A DNA stretch of 32,000 nucleotides from Mycobacterium phage Sorpresa. Location: the sequence record PQ184814.1; one strand, 5' to 3'. Positions 24,952 through 31,735 of the stretch are shown one piece after another. Below the pieces are notes generated by a model, which did not search any database, was not told the origin of the DNA, and saw nothing but the letters and a program-made list of their open reading frames with translations. Each line of letters starts with the position of its first letter. Position 1 is the stretch's first letter. The translations under genes were made by a program, and so were the position numbers.

Positions 24952-24955
24952 TAAG

Positions 24956-24994
24956 AAAAGCCCCCCCCCCCCCCCTGAAGGCCGATGCGGGGCT
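24956..24994 (-). terminator. Candidate leftward terminator containing a 15-nt homopolymer (C15 on + / G15 on -)
   Basis: Minus strand AGCCCC...G15CTTTTCTT. Confidence 0.55.
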
Positions 24995-25170
24995 GGGTAT
25001 ACGTGAGGGTCTTGGGCGTTCAGGGGGAAGAATGAGCGAGGACCGGACCGTTGGCTTCGTGGCGGCGAGTTGCCGTGACGGGGACATGGGTCCGGTCCTC
25101 GGGGTTTGATCCCGGTAAACGGCCAGCTCTTGGGTGCTCGGCAGGACAATGGTTTACCGGGGAGTTCTGT

Positions 25171-25632
25171 TTACGAGACCGGGCCGGACAGCTCTCCGAC
25201 TGTCTCGACGCCTTGCAGCGTCATAGCCTCGATCATCGACTCGTAATGGTTGATCTTCGACTGAACAGACTGGATATGCGCCAACCGGGTCTCGATAGCG
25301 ACCTTGAGGTCAGCGGCCGTGCAGTCACGAAGGCGCTTGTAGGCTCCGTCTCCGACTGCGATCATCGAGTCGAGCTCTTGTTGCCAGTAGTCGCGTACAG
25401 CGGCCATCTTGCGGGACGGAGCGGGCTGCCTACGAACCTCGGTAGCGGCGGCGTTGATAGCGCTGTTACGTGTCAGGTTGATCTGCGTACGCAGGTAGAA
25501 CGGCAGAGCTTCTGCGTAGAAGTCTTCCAGCAGGTCATCCGGAGTCTCGCGCAGCACGGCTGCGGTCAGGGACTCGACGGTTACCTCGGTCTCGGCGGTG
25601 ATGATGTTGTCGACCAGTTCGGCGAGCTTCAT
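25171..25632 (-). CDS. Hypothetical protein (153 aa)
   Basis: MKLAELVDNIITAETEVTVESLTAAVL... Confidence 0.75.
   Translation of the reverse strand: MKLAELVDNIITAETEVTVESLTAAVLRETPDDLLEDFYAEALPFYLRTQINLTRNSAINAAATEVRRQPAPSRKMAAVRDYWQQELDSMIAVGDGAYKRLRDCTAADLKVAIETRLAHIQSVQSKINHYESMIEAMTLQGVETVGELSGPVS
25465..25477 (+). promoter_or_regulatory. Stoperator-like sequence within coding region (one mismatch)
   Basis: gttacgtgtcagg. Confidence 0.4.
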
Positions 25633-25742
25633 GTCTCCTCCTCGTCATCGTTATGAATCAAGTTGTCGTCAGAAGAAATAGCCCACTTCTTCACGATCTC
25701 GCGTCCCAGGAATTCCGCAAGGGCCATCGTCTGATCAGTCAT
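25629..25742 (-). CDS. Small protein (37 aa); not in supplied ORF track
   Basis: MTDQTMALAEFLGREIVKKWAISSDDNLIHNDDEEET*; ATGA overlap. Confidence 0.6.
   Translation of the reverse strand: MTDQTMALAEFLGREIVKKWAISSDDNLIHNDDEEET
25650..25662 (+). promoter_or_regulatory. Degenerate stoperator
   Basis: gttatgaatcaag, one mismatch. Confidence 0.65.
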
Positions 25743-25884
25743 CCTCGTCCTCCTCGGGGAGCTGGTTGTTCTCCGCCTCTATAGCGTCCTCGACCGATAC
25801 GACTGTGATGTCCATGATGTTTCCGGTCTTACGACTCGCCCAGTCGAGCACGGCGCTCAGACCGTTGGAAAGGTCGTGCTCGTT
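25735..25884 (-). CDS. Small acidic protein (49 aa)
   Basis: VNEHDLSNGLSAVLDWASRKTGNIMDITVVSVEDAIEAENNQLPEEDEDD. Confidence 0.6.
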   Translation of the reverse strand, partial: NEHDLSNGLSAVLDWASRKTGNIMDITVVSVEDAIEAENNQLPEEDEDD

Positions 25885-26201
25885 CACTTCTTCACCGCCA
25901 TAGCGAGCGCCACAACCCAGCCGACGAACGTCCACCCCAAGAACACGTTGATCACAGCGACAGGCTGCTTCAGCGAGGCTTTCCGGTAGTACGCGACGAT
26001 CGTCGGGACGAAGTACGCGGTCCCGAGCACCACGAGTAGCGCGTGGCTGGGGCTGATCGACATCAGCACGATCAGCGCCACGATCGCTCCCAGAGCCAGC
26101 CAGCCCTCGATACGGCCTTTCCGCTTGGCCGCACGAGCGGCCGCGTCGGCTTGCGGGTAGTAGCCGGGTTGGTACGCCGGCTGATCCCAGATGTTGCTCA
26201 T
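25884..26201 (-). CDS. Membrane protein resembling the superinfection-immunity (Imm_superinfect) family (105 aa)
   Basis: Two TM segments: LVVLGTAYFVPTIVAYYRKAS...VINVFLGWTFVGWVVALAMA. Confidence 0.7.
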   Translation of the reverse strand: MSNIWDQPAYQPGYYPQADAAARAAKRKGRIEGWLALGAIVALIVLMSISPSHALLVVLGTAYFVPTIVAYYRKASLKQPVAVINVFLGWTFVGWVVALAMAVKK

Positions 26202-26593
26202 GATGCTGCCTCCTCTTTAGATTTACGGGTCGCGTTGCAGCGACGCTGTTTGGCCAGGCCCAGCTCCACGAGCAACGGGCACGGGTTGAAGTCCGCGGGC
26301 TGATATTCGCGGCGGAGAATATAGCTCAGAAATTCCCCGATTTCGCCCATGATGTATTTGTCGCCGTGACGTTCTTCGCGCTCGACTGCATCAGGCTCGC
26401 AATACCTGTCGATGAATTCTTTCACTTCCCGGTAAAGGTAGCTGTCGTCGGTTAGCCACGTAGAGCGGTAAACGTGGAGTCCGCGAATTCCGGGGACCAG
26501 ATCGAGTGTATTTGCGCGGATATACGCGTCTTTAACCACGTTCAGAGTAGGGACGATTGTCTTACCGATAACTCGGGAAGTGATCTCGAACAT
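26198..26593 (-). CDS. Hypothetical protein (131 aa) adjacent to repressor
   Basis: MFEITSRVIGKTIVPTLNVVKDAY... Confidence 0.65.
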   Translation of the reverse strand: MFEITSRVIGKTIVPTLNVVKDAYIRANTLDLVPGIRGLHVYRSTWLTDDSYLYREVKEFIDRYCEPDAVEREERHGDKYIMGEIGEFLSYILRREYQPADFNPCPLLVELGLAKQRRCNATRKSKEEAAS

Positions 26594-26634
26594 GCGGTGC
26601 AAACCATTCTTCTAAGAAAAGGGGCGGGTGGTTA

Positions 26635-27147
26635 TCAGGGCTCCACGCTCGGGAAACGCCAGATGTGATGACGTCCGATCTCGGACAGAGTTGTGTATTC
26701 GTTGACTCTGATGAGTAGGTCTTCGTCGGATTCCTGGCGCTCCCTGTATGCCCAACCCCCGCGTTTGCTGACGCCGGGTATAGGCGGGATGTTCGGATCA
26801 AACTCGACAACCCAATTGTTCTCACGAAGCATCCGGTAAAACGACCGGAGACGTTTCAGCTTGTATTCTTTCATGCCTTTGCCGCGTGTGGCGATGTATT
26901 CGCCATGATCCCTCAGTCGTTTATGCGGCGCGCACTGAGAAAGAGGCTCGGGTACCTTGAACGGGTATTCGCGGCGGATAACCTGCCGGGCGGTCAATTT
27001 GCCTCCGTACGTGTGAACGTGCCATGAAACAGCCTGTGGTGTCACACCGTACATCCGGGCGATATCTGCCTCAGTCTCCCCCGTAGCTTTCAGGGCCTCA
27101 ATCACTTCTAGCGAGAGGCGGGGGAGCTGTTCTCTGGTGGTTCTCAT
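26635..27147 (-). CDS. Immunity repressor, Bxb1 gp69 / L5 gp71 type (170 aa)
   Basis: MRTTREQLPRLSLEVIEALKATGETEADIARMYGVTPQAVSWHVHTYGG; ATG 27147 behind AAGGAGG. Confidence 0.9.
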   Translation of the reverse strand: MRTTREQLPRLSLEVIEALKATGETEADIARMYGVTPQAVSWHVHTYGGKLTARQVIRREYPFKVPEPLSQCAPHKRLRDHGEYIATRGKGMKEYKLKRLRSFYRMLRENNWVVEFDPNIPPIPGVSKRGGWAYRERQESDEDLLIRVNEYTTLSEIGRHHIWRFPSVEP

Positions 27148-27170
27148 CGGTCCTCCTTGTATTACAGACC

Positions 27171-27199
27171 AACGTATCCTGCATCTTGTTACAACGCAA
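27171..27199 (-). promoter_or_regulatory. Candidate repressor promoter: TTGCGT N17 TACGTT
   Basis: -35 27199-27194, -10 27176-27171, 23 nt upstream of the ATG. Confidence 0.5.
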
Positions 27200-27244
27200 G
27201 GCACAACCCCCTCGGTACTTGACAGTGCGACGTAGTTTTCTGGT

Positions 27245-27260
27245 GTCCCAGATCTGGGAC
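27245..27260. repeat. 16-bp perfect palindrome gtcccagatctgggac upstream of repressor
   Basis: Direct reading. Confidence 0.85.
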
Positions 27261-27408
27261 TCTTCCCCCGTGGGAGAAAGTAGACCACTTGATCTAGTCC
27301 GGCGCAAGTGTCAAACGTCACTAAGTTCGTAGCTGAACCGGCATCGTCACAACCGATACCGGCGTTACAGCTACCAGACCACGACTCGATCCGCAGCGGA
27401 TCCGCTGG

Positions 27409-27708
27409 TCAACACCACCAACGGGATCTGCAGTAGCGACTCTTCTTGTCTTTCCCGCGGTCTTTGCCCGGGCCGGCTGAGTCGTGTTTGCTCTCGGATT
27501 CTTTCTCCTGATCGCACGTCGGCAGGTCACCGTGGGTCACGTGCCAGTCTGAATCGGCCCTGAGACCGCCGCGCTCCAGCTGGTGAGACACCGACCGGTG
27601 CTCGCACCCGGAGAACCCGTCAGCACGCGCTGACGGGGCTGCCAGGACCGCTGCGAGCATCACAGCGCCGACGATGAACCAGACGACGAAGGCCAGGCGC
27701 TTAGTCAC
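27409..27708 (-). CDS. Secreted protein (99 aa) with signal peptide
   Basis: VTKRLAFVVWFIVGAVMLAAVLAAPSARADGFSG. Confidence 0.7.
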   Translation of the reverse strand: MTKRLAFVVWFIVGAVMLAAVLAAPSARADGFSGCEHRSVSHQLERGGLRADSDWHVTHGDLPTCDQEKESESKHDSAGPGKDRGKDKKSRYCRSRWWC

Positions 27709-27880
27709 CGTCGTCCCAGTAATCTCGTCCCTCGACAATGTTCAGAGCCTCCTGCAAGCCTCTATCCATGCCGCCCATGTAGTCGCGATCACCGCTGAGA
27801 TCGTTGACGATCTCCTGCAGCCGAGCGATCAGTTTTCTACGGATCTCCTCCACCGATAGACGTTCTGCGTCCTCGCTCAC
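27701..27880 (-). CDS. Hypothetical protein (59 aa)
   Basis: VSEDAERLSVEEIRRKLIARLQEIV... Confidence 0.65.
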   Translation of the reverse strand: MSEDAERLSVEEIRRKLIARLQEIVNDLSGDRDYMGGMDRGLQEALNIVEGRDYWDDGD

Positions 27881-28146
27881 ACCTGCCTCACTCTCTTCAG
27901 CCCGACGGTTCCCGATAGGTTCTCGCGGACGAACGCCCACGACTCAGTCCGCACCCACGATGCGGTGAACAACCCTTCAGCGTGCTCGGTGGCGTGGTGC
28001 TTGCAGAACAGCAGCTCGAACTGGCCGTTCTCCCAGCGCTCCATAGCCGCGGCAGAGCACGCGTCGCAACGATCGGTGAGCCGCAGCTCCCCGGGAGGCG
28101 TTGCTCCATCCTCCCGGGGAGGCGAAACCTGGTCTGGAGTGGTCAC
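27877..28146 (-). CDS. Small Cys/His-containing protein (89 aa)
   Basis: RCDACSAAAMERW...LLFCKHHA. Confidence 0.7.
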   Translation of the reverse strand: MTTPDQVSPPREDGATPPGELRLTDRCDACSAAAMERWENGQFELLFCKHHATEHAEGLFTASWVRTESWAFVRENLSGTVGLKRVRQV

Positions 28147-28346
28147 GCGTCCACGTCCTCTCGCTCCACGAACTCGACGTACACCTTCGCTGTCTCCAGA
28201 TCGGTGTTCAGGATCTTGAACCAGAACGGGTTGTCACCCCGTTCGAACTGGTACAGGTCGTACGACCCGTTGGTCTTCGCGACCAGCTGCCAGTTGTCCG
28301 AGTGGTGCATCGCCCCGTACTCGGTCTCGAACCACTCCCCGCTCAC
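28143..28346 (-). CDS. Hypothetical protein (67 aa)
   Basis: Coupled ORF. Confidence 0.65.
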   Translation of the reverse strand: MSGEWFETEYGAMHHSDNWQLVAKTNGSYDLYQFERGDNPFWFKILNTDLETAKVYVEFVEREDVDA

Positions 28347-28531
28347 AGCCCCACCGCTTTCGTGATCAGGAACATCAGCGCAGCTCCAGCGACGATCGCA
28401 CCGACCGACAACGCCAGCTCGATGCTCAGCGGTAGGCCCGGGTTGCTCCGTCGGTACAGCTTGCGGAGCTCAGCCGGTGAGTACGACGCCGCGATGATCT
28501 GATTGAACGCTTTGAGCTCTGTCTCGTTCAT
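28343..28531 (-). CDS. Small membrane protein (62 aa)
   Basis: SIELALSVGAIVAGAALMFLITKAVGL. Confidence 0.65.
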   Translation of the reverse strand: MNETELKAFNQIIAASYSPAELRKLYRRSNPGLPLSIELALSVGAIVAGAALMFLITKAVGL

Positions 28532-28698
28532 CAGGAACTCACTTTCGCCAGGATTACCAGCGCGTCTGCCAGTCCGCTGGCCCGTGCCCCGCCGACTAAG
28601 CAGGTCTTCTCGTCACCGCGGGCCGCGGCCTCTTCGCAGAAGAGGAGCCACTTCACGCGCTCGTCGTTGATCAGGTCTATTGCATCGCTCAAGGTCAT
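28531..28698 (-). CDS. Hypothetical protein (55 aa)
   Basis: MTLSDAIDLINDERVKWLLFCEEAAARGDEKTC...; RBS GAGAG. Confidence 0.6.
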   Translation of the reverse strand: MTLSDAIDLINDERVKWLLFCEEAAARGDEKTCLVGGARASGLADALVILAKVSS

Positions 28699-28727
28699 CG
28701 GGTCTCTCCTTTCAATCGGTTCCCAAC

Positions 28728-29171
28728 TCATCCGTTCGCCCCTTCCAGCTGCCGACGCCAGCCGGTGCAGCGCTCGGACGGCCGGTGCTGGTACTCGCAC
28801 GCTGCGCAACCGTCGAGCCAGACCAGATGCCTGCGGTAGGCGTGTCCGCAGCACGCGCCGAGCTCGTCGTCCGGAATCGGGGCGAGCCCGAACATGATCC
28901 GTTGCAGGTTCGATGCGCCGGCGTGCATCCGCTCCCAGAGCTCGGCGTGATCGCGGACGTCTTGCAAGTGCGCAACCCAGTACACGGCGACTTCGCCGCA
29001 TGTGCAGACGCATTGCGCGCCTTGGGTGAGCCGACTTCGGTCGATGCGGTGTCGCTGGCGTTGTTCCTCGGGCAGCGATTCCCAGATCTTGCGTCCGAGC
29101 TCTTCGATTTCGGCGAAGTGCTCGTCGAGTGAGCGCCGGCGGCTCACTGGTCGCCGTCCTGGTGTGCTCAT
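28728..29171 (-). CDS. Cys-rich hypothetical protein (147 aa)
   Basis: CVCTCGEVAV..., ACCGHAYRRH..., CAACEYQH. Confidence 0.7.
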   Translation of the reverse strand: MSTPGRRPVSRRRSLDEHFAEIEELGRKIWESLPEEQRQRHRIDRSRLTQGAQCVCTCGEVAVYWVAHLQDVRDHAELWERMHAGASNLQRIMFGLAPIPDDELGACCGHAYRRHLVWLDGCAACEYQHRPSERCTGWRRQLEGANG

Positions 29172-29374
29172 GCGGGGACCATCTCGAATCGGTACCGTCG
29201 GGCTTTGAACACCACCCGCACACCCTTCGGGGGTTCAGGCTTGTCCGGGTGGCTGATGGCCAGCGTCTCGGGATCAACTCGGTACTTGTCCGAGTAGTAG
29301 AAGCGTCCGATCACGCTTTCGATGTCCGCAATCGTCGGGGCAGAGGCGAGAAGGCGAGGTTTCGGGCTGGTCAT
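29168..29374 (-). CDS. Hypothetical protein (68 aa)
   Basis: MTSPKPRLLASAPTIADIESV... Confidence 0.7.
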   Translation of the reverse strand: MTSPKPRLLASAPTIADIESVIGRFYYSDKYRVDPETLAISHPDKPEPPKGVRVVFKARRYRFEMVPA

Positions 29375-29385
29375 GTCTACTCCTT

Positions 29386-29398
29386 GTTACGTGTCAAG
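29386..29398 (+). promoter_or_regulatory. Stoperator
   Basis: gttacgtgtcaag. Confidence 0.9.
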
Positions 29399-29546
29399 CC
29401 GCGGACACGCGGCGGGTAGTGGTCTTGGATGTGTCGATCAGGTGGCGTCGGCCGCGTTCGTCGACGACGGTGAGCACGGTGCCCGCGGTGAACAGCACCC
29501 GGGCTGTCCAGCCAGCGGGTCCTCGCGATGCGATGTGGATGATCAT
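29394..29546 (-). CDS. Hypothetical protein (50 aa)
   Basis: MIIHIASRGPAGWTARVLFTAGTVLTVVDERGRRHLIDTSKTTTRRVSAA. Confidence 0.6.
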   Translation of the reverse strand: MIIHIASRGPAGWTARVLFTAGTVLTVVDERGRRHLIDTSKTTTRRVSAA

Positions 29547-29860
29547 GCCGCGCGCCACCCGAACGAGGCGCGGATCTCGTTCATGCCGATGATCCGGTCG
29601 AAGTCGTCCCGATCGATCCACCGCCAGGACTTGACGACGTACTCAGACCCGTACGAGCGGTCCGCGATCTTCCGTCCCAGCTCGATGTGGGCCATTCTGT
29701 ACTTCGCATCCTCGGGGTCGTCGTGCCGAGCAGCCATAGCGAACACGCTGGTCGCCGTAGTTCCCCAGTCGCCGTAGAGGGTGCCGGTGACATAGCCGTG
29801 GAGATCGGTCAGGTTGAAGCTCAGTCCATGGGTGGGGTTGAGGGTGTCGGTAGCGCTCAT
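29543..29860 (-). CDS. Hypothetical protein (105 aa)
   Basis: RBS AGGAGGCCACC ATG. Confidence 0.7.
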   Translation of the reverse strand: MSATDTLNPTHGLSFNLTDLHGYVTGTLYGDWGTTATSVFAMAARHDDPEDAKYRMAHIELGRKIADRSYGSEYVVKSWRWIDRDDFDRIIGMNEIRASFGWRAA

Positions 29861-29877
29861 GGTGGCCTCCTAGGTTG

Positions 29878-29890
29878 GTTACGAATCAAG
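29878..29890 (+). promoter_or_regulatory. Stoperator
   Basis: gttacgaatcaag. Confidence 0.9.
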
Positions 29891-29896
29891 TCAGCG

Positions 29897-29959
29897 TGAG
29901 CAGCCGTGAATCGAACACGGTCAGCGCGGTGATATCGGCTGAGCGAACCTGCCTGCTCG
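29897..29959 (-). other. tRNA-like fold (T-arm plus acceptor-like helix, no normal D-arm)
   Basis: CCGTG-TTCGATT-CACGG T-arm; CTGCTCA pairs 6/7 with CGAGCAG; TCAGC/GCTGA middle helix. Confidence 0.4.
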
Positions 29960-30112
29960 TGCCAGCTCGTCGTAGCCACGTGCTTCGGCTCAGAGCTGGA
30001 CTTCAAAGTATGTTGTGGGCCGGGGCTCCGCATTACACGGGATTTGCATCAGGGTCAACGCGCGGTCTGGGCTCGCCTGAATCTTGCTGGCCTTTGTTTT
30101 GTTGTTGAGACC

Positions 30113-30142
30113 ACTCTAACCCGAGGTTTGGTTACGAGTCAA
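30113..30142 (-). promoter_or_regulatory. Repressor-regulated promoter: TTGACT N18 TAGAGT
   Basis: -35 inside stoperator 30131-30143. Confidence 0.65.
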
Positions 30143-30143
30143 G
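30131..30143 (+). promoter_or_regulatory. Stoperator/operator
   Basis: gttacgagtcaag. Confidence 0.9.
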
Positions 30144-30344
30144 TGGATATCCAAAAGAATTTCGGCCGAAGTTTTCCGCGTCGATCAGAGCAGCGAGGAA
30201 CTCCTCCGCGTCAGCCCGGTCGTCGAACCGTGCGCGGGACACGTGGTAGTCAGAGCGCACACGCTCCCACACGTGCCATCCCGGGCAGTAGATCGATCCG
30301 AGACCGACGAAGAACCCAGCTGCGGGTGCAGGTGCGTCCATCAT
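30132..30344 (-). CDS. Hypothetical protein (70 aa)
   Basis: MMDAPAPAAGFFVGLGSIYCPGWHVWERV... Confidence 0.65.
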   Translation of the reverse strand: MMDAPAPAAGFFVGLGSIYCPGWHVWERVRSDYHVSRARFDDRADAEEFLAALIDAENFGRNSFGYPLDS

Positions 30345-30369
30345 GTGCGCGTCCTTTCAGAGGGCAAGA

Positions 30370-30395
30370 GAAAGCCCCCGGGGTCTCCGGGGGCT
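30370..30395 (-). terminator. Intrinsic terminator, leftward
   Basis: Minus AGCCCCCGG AGACC CCGGGGGCT TTC. Confidence 0.8.
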
Positions 30396-30405
30396 GTTGG
30401 GTGGA

Positions 30406-30645
30406 TCAGGCGGCCGATGCTGTCCTGCTGTTCCAGACGGTCCTTCCGTCCCAGGACTGCTTGACCTCTGCCCAGGTGGTCACGGTGGCCAGGAGCTCCT
30501 TGACCTTGGCCCAGGTGGCGTGCCGGCCGTAGGCGTAGTACGCGCCGTTACCGGTGAGGATCGTGTACCGATCGCGGCGGATCTCGTCGGCCTCGGCGGG
30601 GGTCATGTCGTAGAAGTCGCGGTTGATGTTCTTCATCGTGTTCAT
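30406..30645 (-). CDS. Small early protein (79 aa), likely leaderless
   Basis: MNTMKNINRDFYDMTPAEADEIRRDRY...; ATG 6 nt after TAAACT. Confidence 0.75.
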   Translation of the reverse strand: MNTMKNINRDFYDMTPAEADEIRRDRYTILTGNGAYYAYGRHATWAKVKELLATVTTWAEVKQSWDGRTVWNSRTASAA

Positions 30646-30651
30646 GCTTCT

Positions 30652-30680
30652 AGTTTAACCCGCGGCCGGTTACGAGTCAA
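30652..30680 (-). promoter_or_regulatory. Repressor-regulated early promoter: TTGACT N17 TAAACT
   Basis: -35 within stoperator 30669-30681. Confidence 0.75.
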
Positions 30681-30681
30681 G
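30669..30681 (+). promoter_or_regulatory. Stoperator/operator
   Basis: gttacgagtcaag. Confidence 0.9.
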
Positions 30682-30720
30682 TGGTTTGTCGAAGAATTTC
30701 TGCCGAGTTTCAGATGCGGA

Positions 30721-30963
30721 TCAGATCACCATCCCGAGAGACTTCGCGAACGGGATACACCGGCGGCACACCGGGCGACGTTCCGGCCCGTTCTTGGCGA
30801 CTGTTACCGACTTACGCCGGCACCCGCCCATATCGCACTCGCCGCGGTACCGGACGCACTCGGCGCAGTCCGAGACCCGGACTCCGTGGATGCACTCGGA
30901 GTTGGCGACCTCGCGGTTCTCGCGGCGGAACTCGGCGGGGGTGGTGTGGATGGTGCGCATCAA
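30721..30963 (-). CDS. Zinc-binding early protein (80 aa)
   Basis: CIHGVRVSDCAECVRYRGEC...CRRC. Confidence 0.7.
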   Translation of the reverse strand: MMRTIHTTPAEFRRENREVANSECIHGVRVSDCAECVRYRGECDMGGCRRKSVTVAKNGPERRPVCRRCIPFAKSLGMVI

Positions 30964-30980
30964 CGTCTCCTCAATCAGTC

Positions 30981-30993
30981 GTTATATGTCAAG
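30981..30993 (+). promoter_or_regulatory. Degenerate stoperator (two mismatches)
   Basis: gttatatgtcaag. Confidence 0.45.
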
Positions 30994-31072
30994 GCTGCGA
31001 CACGAAAGCGTAGCCCGCGATCACCGCGAGCATCACCGGGATGAAGCTGATGATGATGAGTGCTGCGGTCAT
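30989..31072 (-). CDS. Micro-ORF, membrane peptide (27 aa), likely leaderless; not in supplied ORF track
   Basis: MTAALIIISFIPVMLAVIAGYAFVSQP*; ATG 6 nt after CATACT. Confidence 0.55.
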   Translation of the reverse strand: MTAALIIISFIPVMLAVIAGYAFVSQP

Positions 31073-31078
31073 GAACTA

Positions 31079-31107
31079 AGTATGCACCCCGCGTCGTTAC
31101 GTGTCAA
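31079..31107 (-). promoter_or_regulatory. Repressor-regulated early promoter: TTGACA N17 CATACT
   Basis: -35 within stoperator 31096-31108. Confidence 0.7.
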
Positions 31108-31108
31108 G
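31096..31108 (+). promoter_or_regulatory. Stoperator/operator
   Basis: gttacgtgtcaag. Confidence 0.9.
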
Positions 31109-31137
31109 TCGAACCATCGACTGATTCCAACCCGGAC

Positions 31138-31177
31138 ACGAAAGAACCCCGACCAAAAAGGCCGGGGCACCTCTCGG
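31138..31177 (-). terminator. Intrinsic terminator, leftward
   Basis: Minus CCCCGGCC TTTTT GGTCGGGG TTCTTT. Confidence 0.7.
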
Positions 31178-31196
31178 GGGTTGTGGCGGTAGGCAG

Positions 31197-31415
31197 TCAC
31201 CGCGCCCCTTCGACGGCCGGGTCCCACAGCACGATCGCCGGCAGCGGGACCCGATCATCTGAATGCATCACGTGGCTGCCGACGCTCATCCAAGCTCCTC
31301 GGGTACCGTGTTCGAACTTCTCCATAGCCCCGGCAGGGAATGCGGCTAGCACCACGCTCCCGACGGGGAGCCGGGACAGCTCGTCCCGGCTGTCGATCAC
31401 TTGCCTGCTACTCAT
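31197..31415 (-). CDS. Early hypothetical protein (72 aa)
   Basis: MSSRQVIDSRDELSRLPVGSVV...; ATGA overlap with upstream CDS. Confidence 0.7.
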   Translation of the reverse strand: MSSRQVIDSRDELSRLPVGSVVLAAFPAGAMEKFEHGTRGAWMSVGSHVMHSDDRVPLPAIVLWDPAVEGAR

Positions 31416-31699
31416 GCGGCCAGTAGCTCCTCTGCGTACGCCAGCCAGATCCACGCCCACCACTCGGTGCGACCGGCCTCAGCAACCCGGGCCTTCGCCT
31501 TGTCCAGGGTGTCACCGCGATCCATCAGGACGTTGCCCAACATGTTGGCGTAGTACGCCGGGGTAGCTACGAATCCGTCGCCCTGAGCGGGACACACGTT
31601 GCCGTAGTACGCCATGCTGTGGACCATGCCCTCAGATGCTCGCTGAGCGTAGAGCTCGATGGCTGATGCCGATGCGATGCTGCCGATTGATTTGTTCAT
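31412..31699 (-). CDS. First early lytic gene (95 aa), likely leaderless
   Basis: MNKSIGSIASASAIELYAQRA...; ATG 7 nt after the -10. Confidence 0.8.
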   Translation of the reverse strand: MNKSIGSIASASAIELYAQRASEGMVHSMAYYGNVCPAQGDGFVATPAYYANMLGNVLMDRGDTLDKAKARVAEAGRTEWWAWIWLAYAEELLAA

Positions 31700-31706
31700 G
31701 CGACCG

Positions 31707-31735
31707 ACTTTACTCGTAACCGGGTTACGTGTCAA
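31707..31735 (-). promoter_or_regulatory. Early lytic promoter, Pleft equivalent: TTGACA N17 TAAAGT
   Basis: Consensus promoter with operator overlapping the -35, near right end, leftward. Confidence 0.9.

Noticed and set aside
25080-25130. tRNA T-arm-like ggggtttgatcccgg
   Set aside because: Loop lacks TTCRA and no acceptor/anticodon arms could be paired; treated as a simple hairpin.
25051-25656. 201-aa plus-strand ORF opposite the 153-aa gene
   Set aside because: Antisense to a better supported gene in a leftward operon; composition typical of spurious ORFs in high-GC DNA.
27219-27247. Rightward promoter starting with TTGACA at 27219
   Set aside because: No acceptable -10 at 16-19 nt spacing and no rightward gene downstream.
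29897-29959. Functional standard tRNA
   Set aside because: Only 63 nt with no normal D-arm and no clear 7-nt anticodon loop; kept only as a tRNA-like element.
30044-30080. 19-aa ORF (MQIPCNAEPRPTTYFEVQL) downstream of 30113 promoter
   Set aside because: No RBS and weak coding character; not enough evidence to call a gene.
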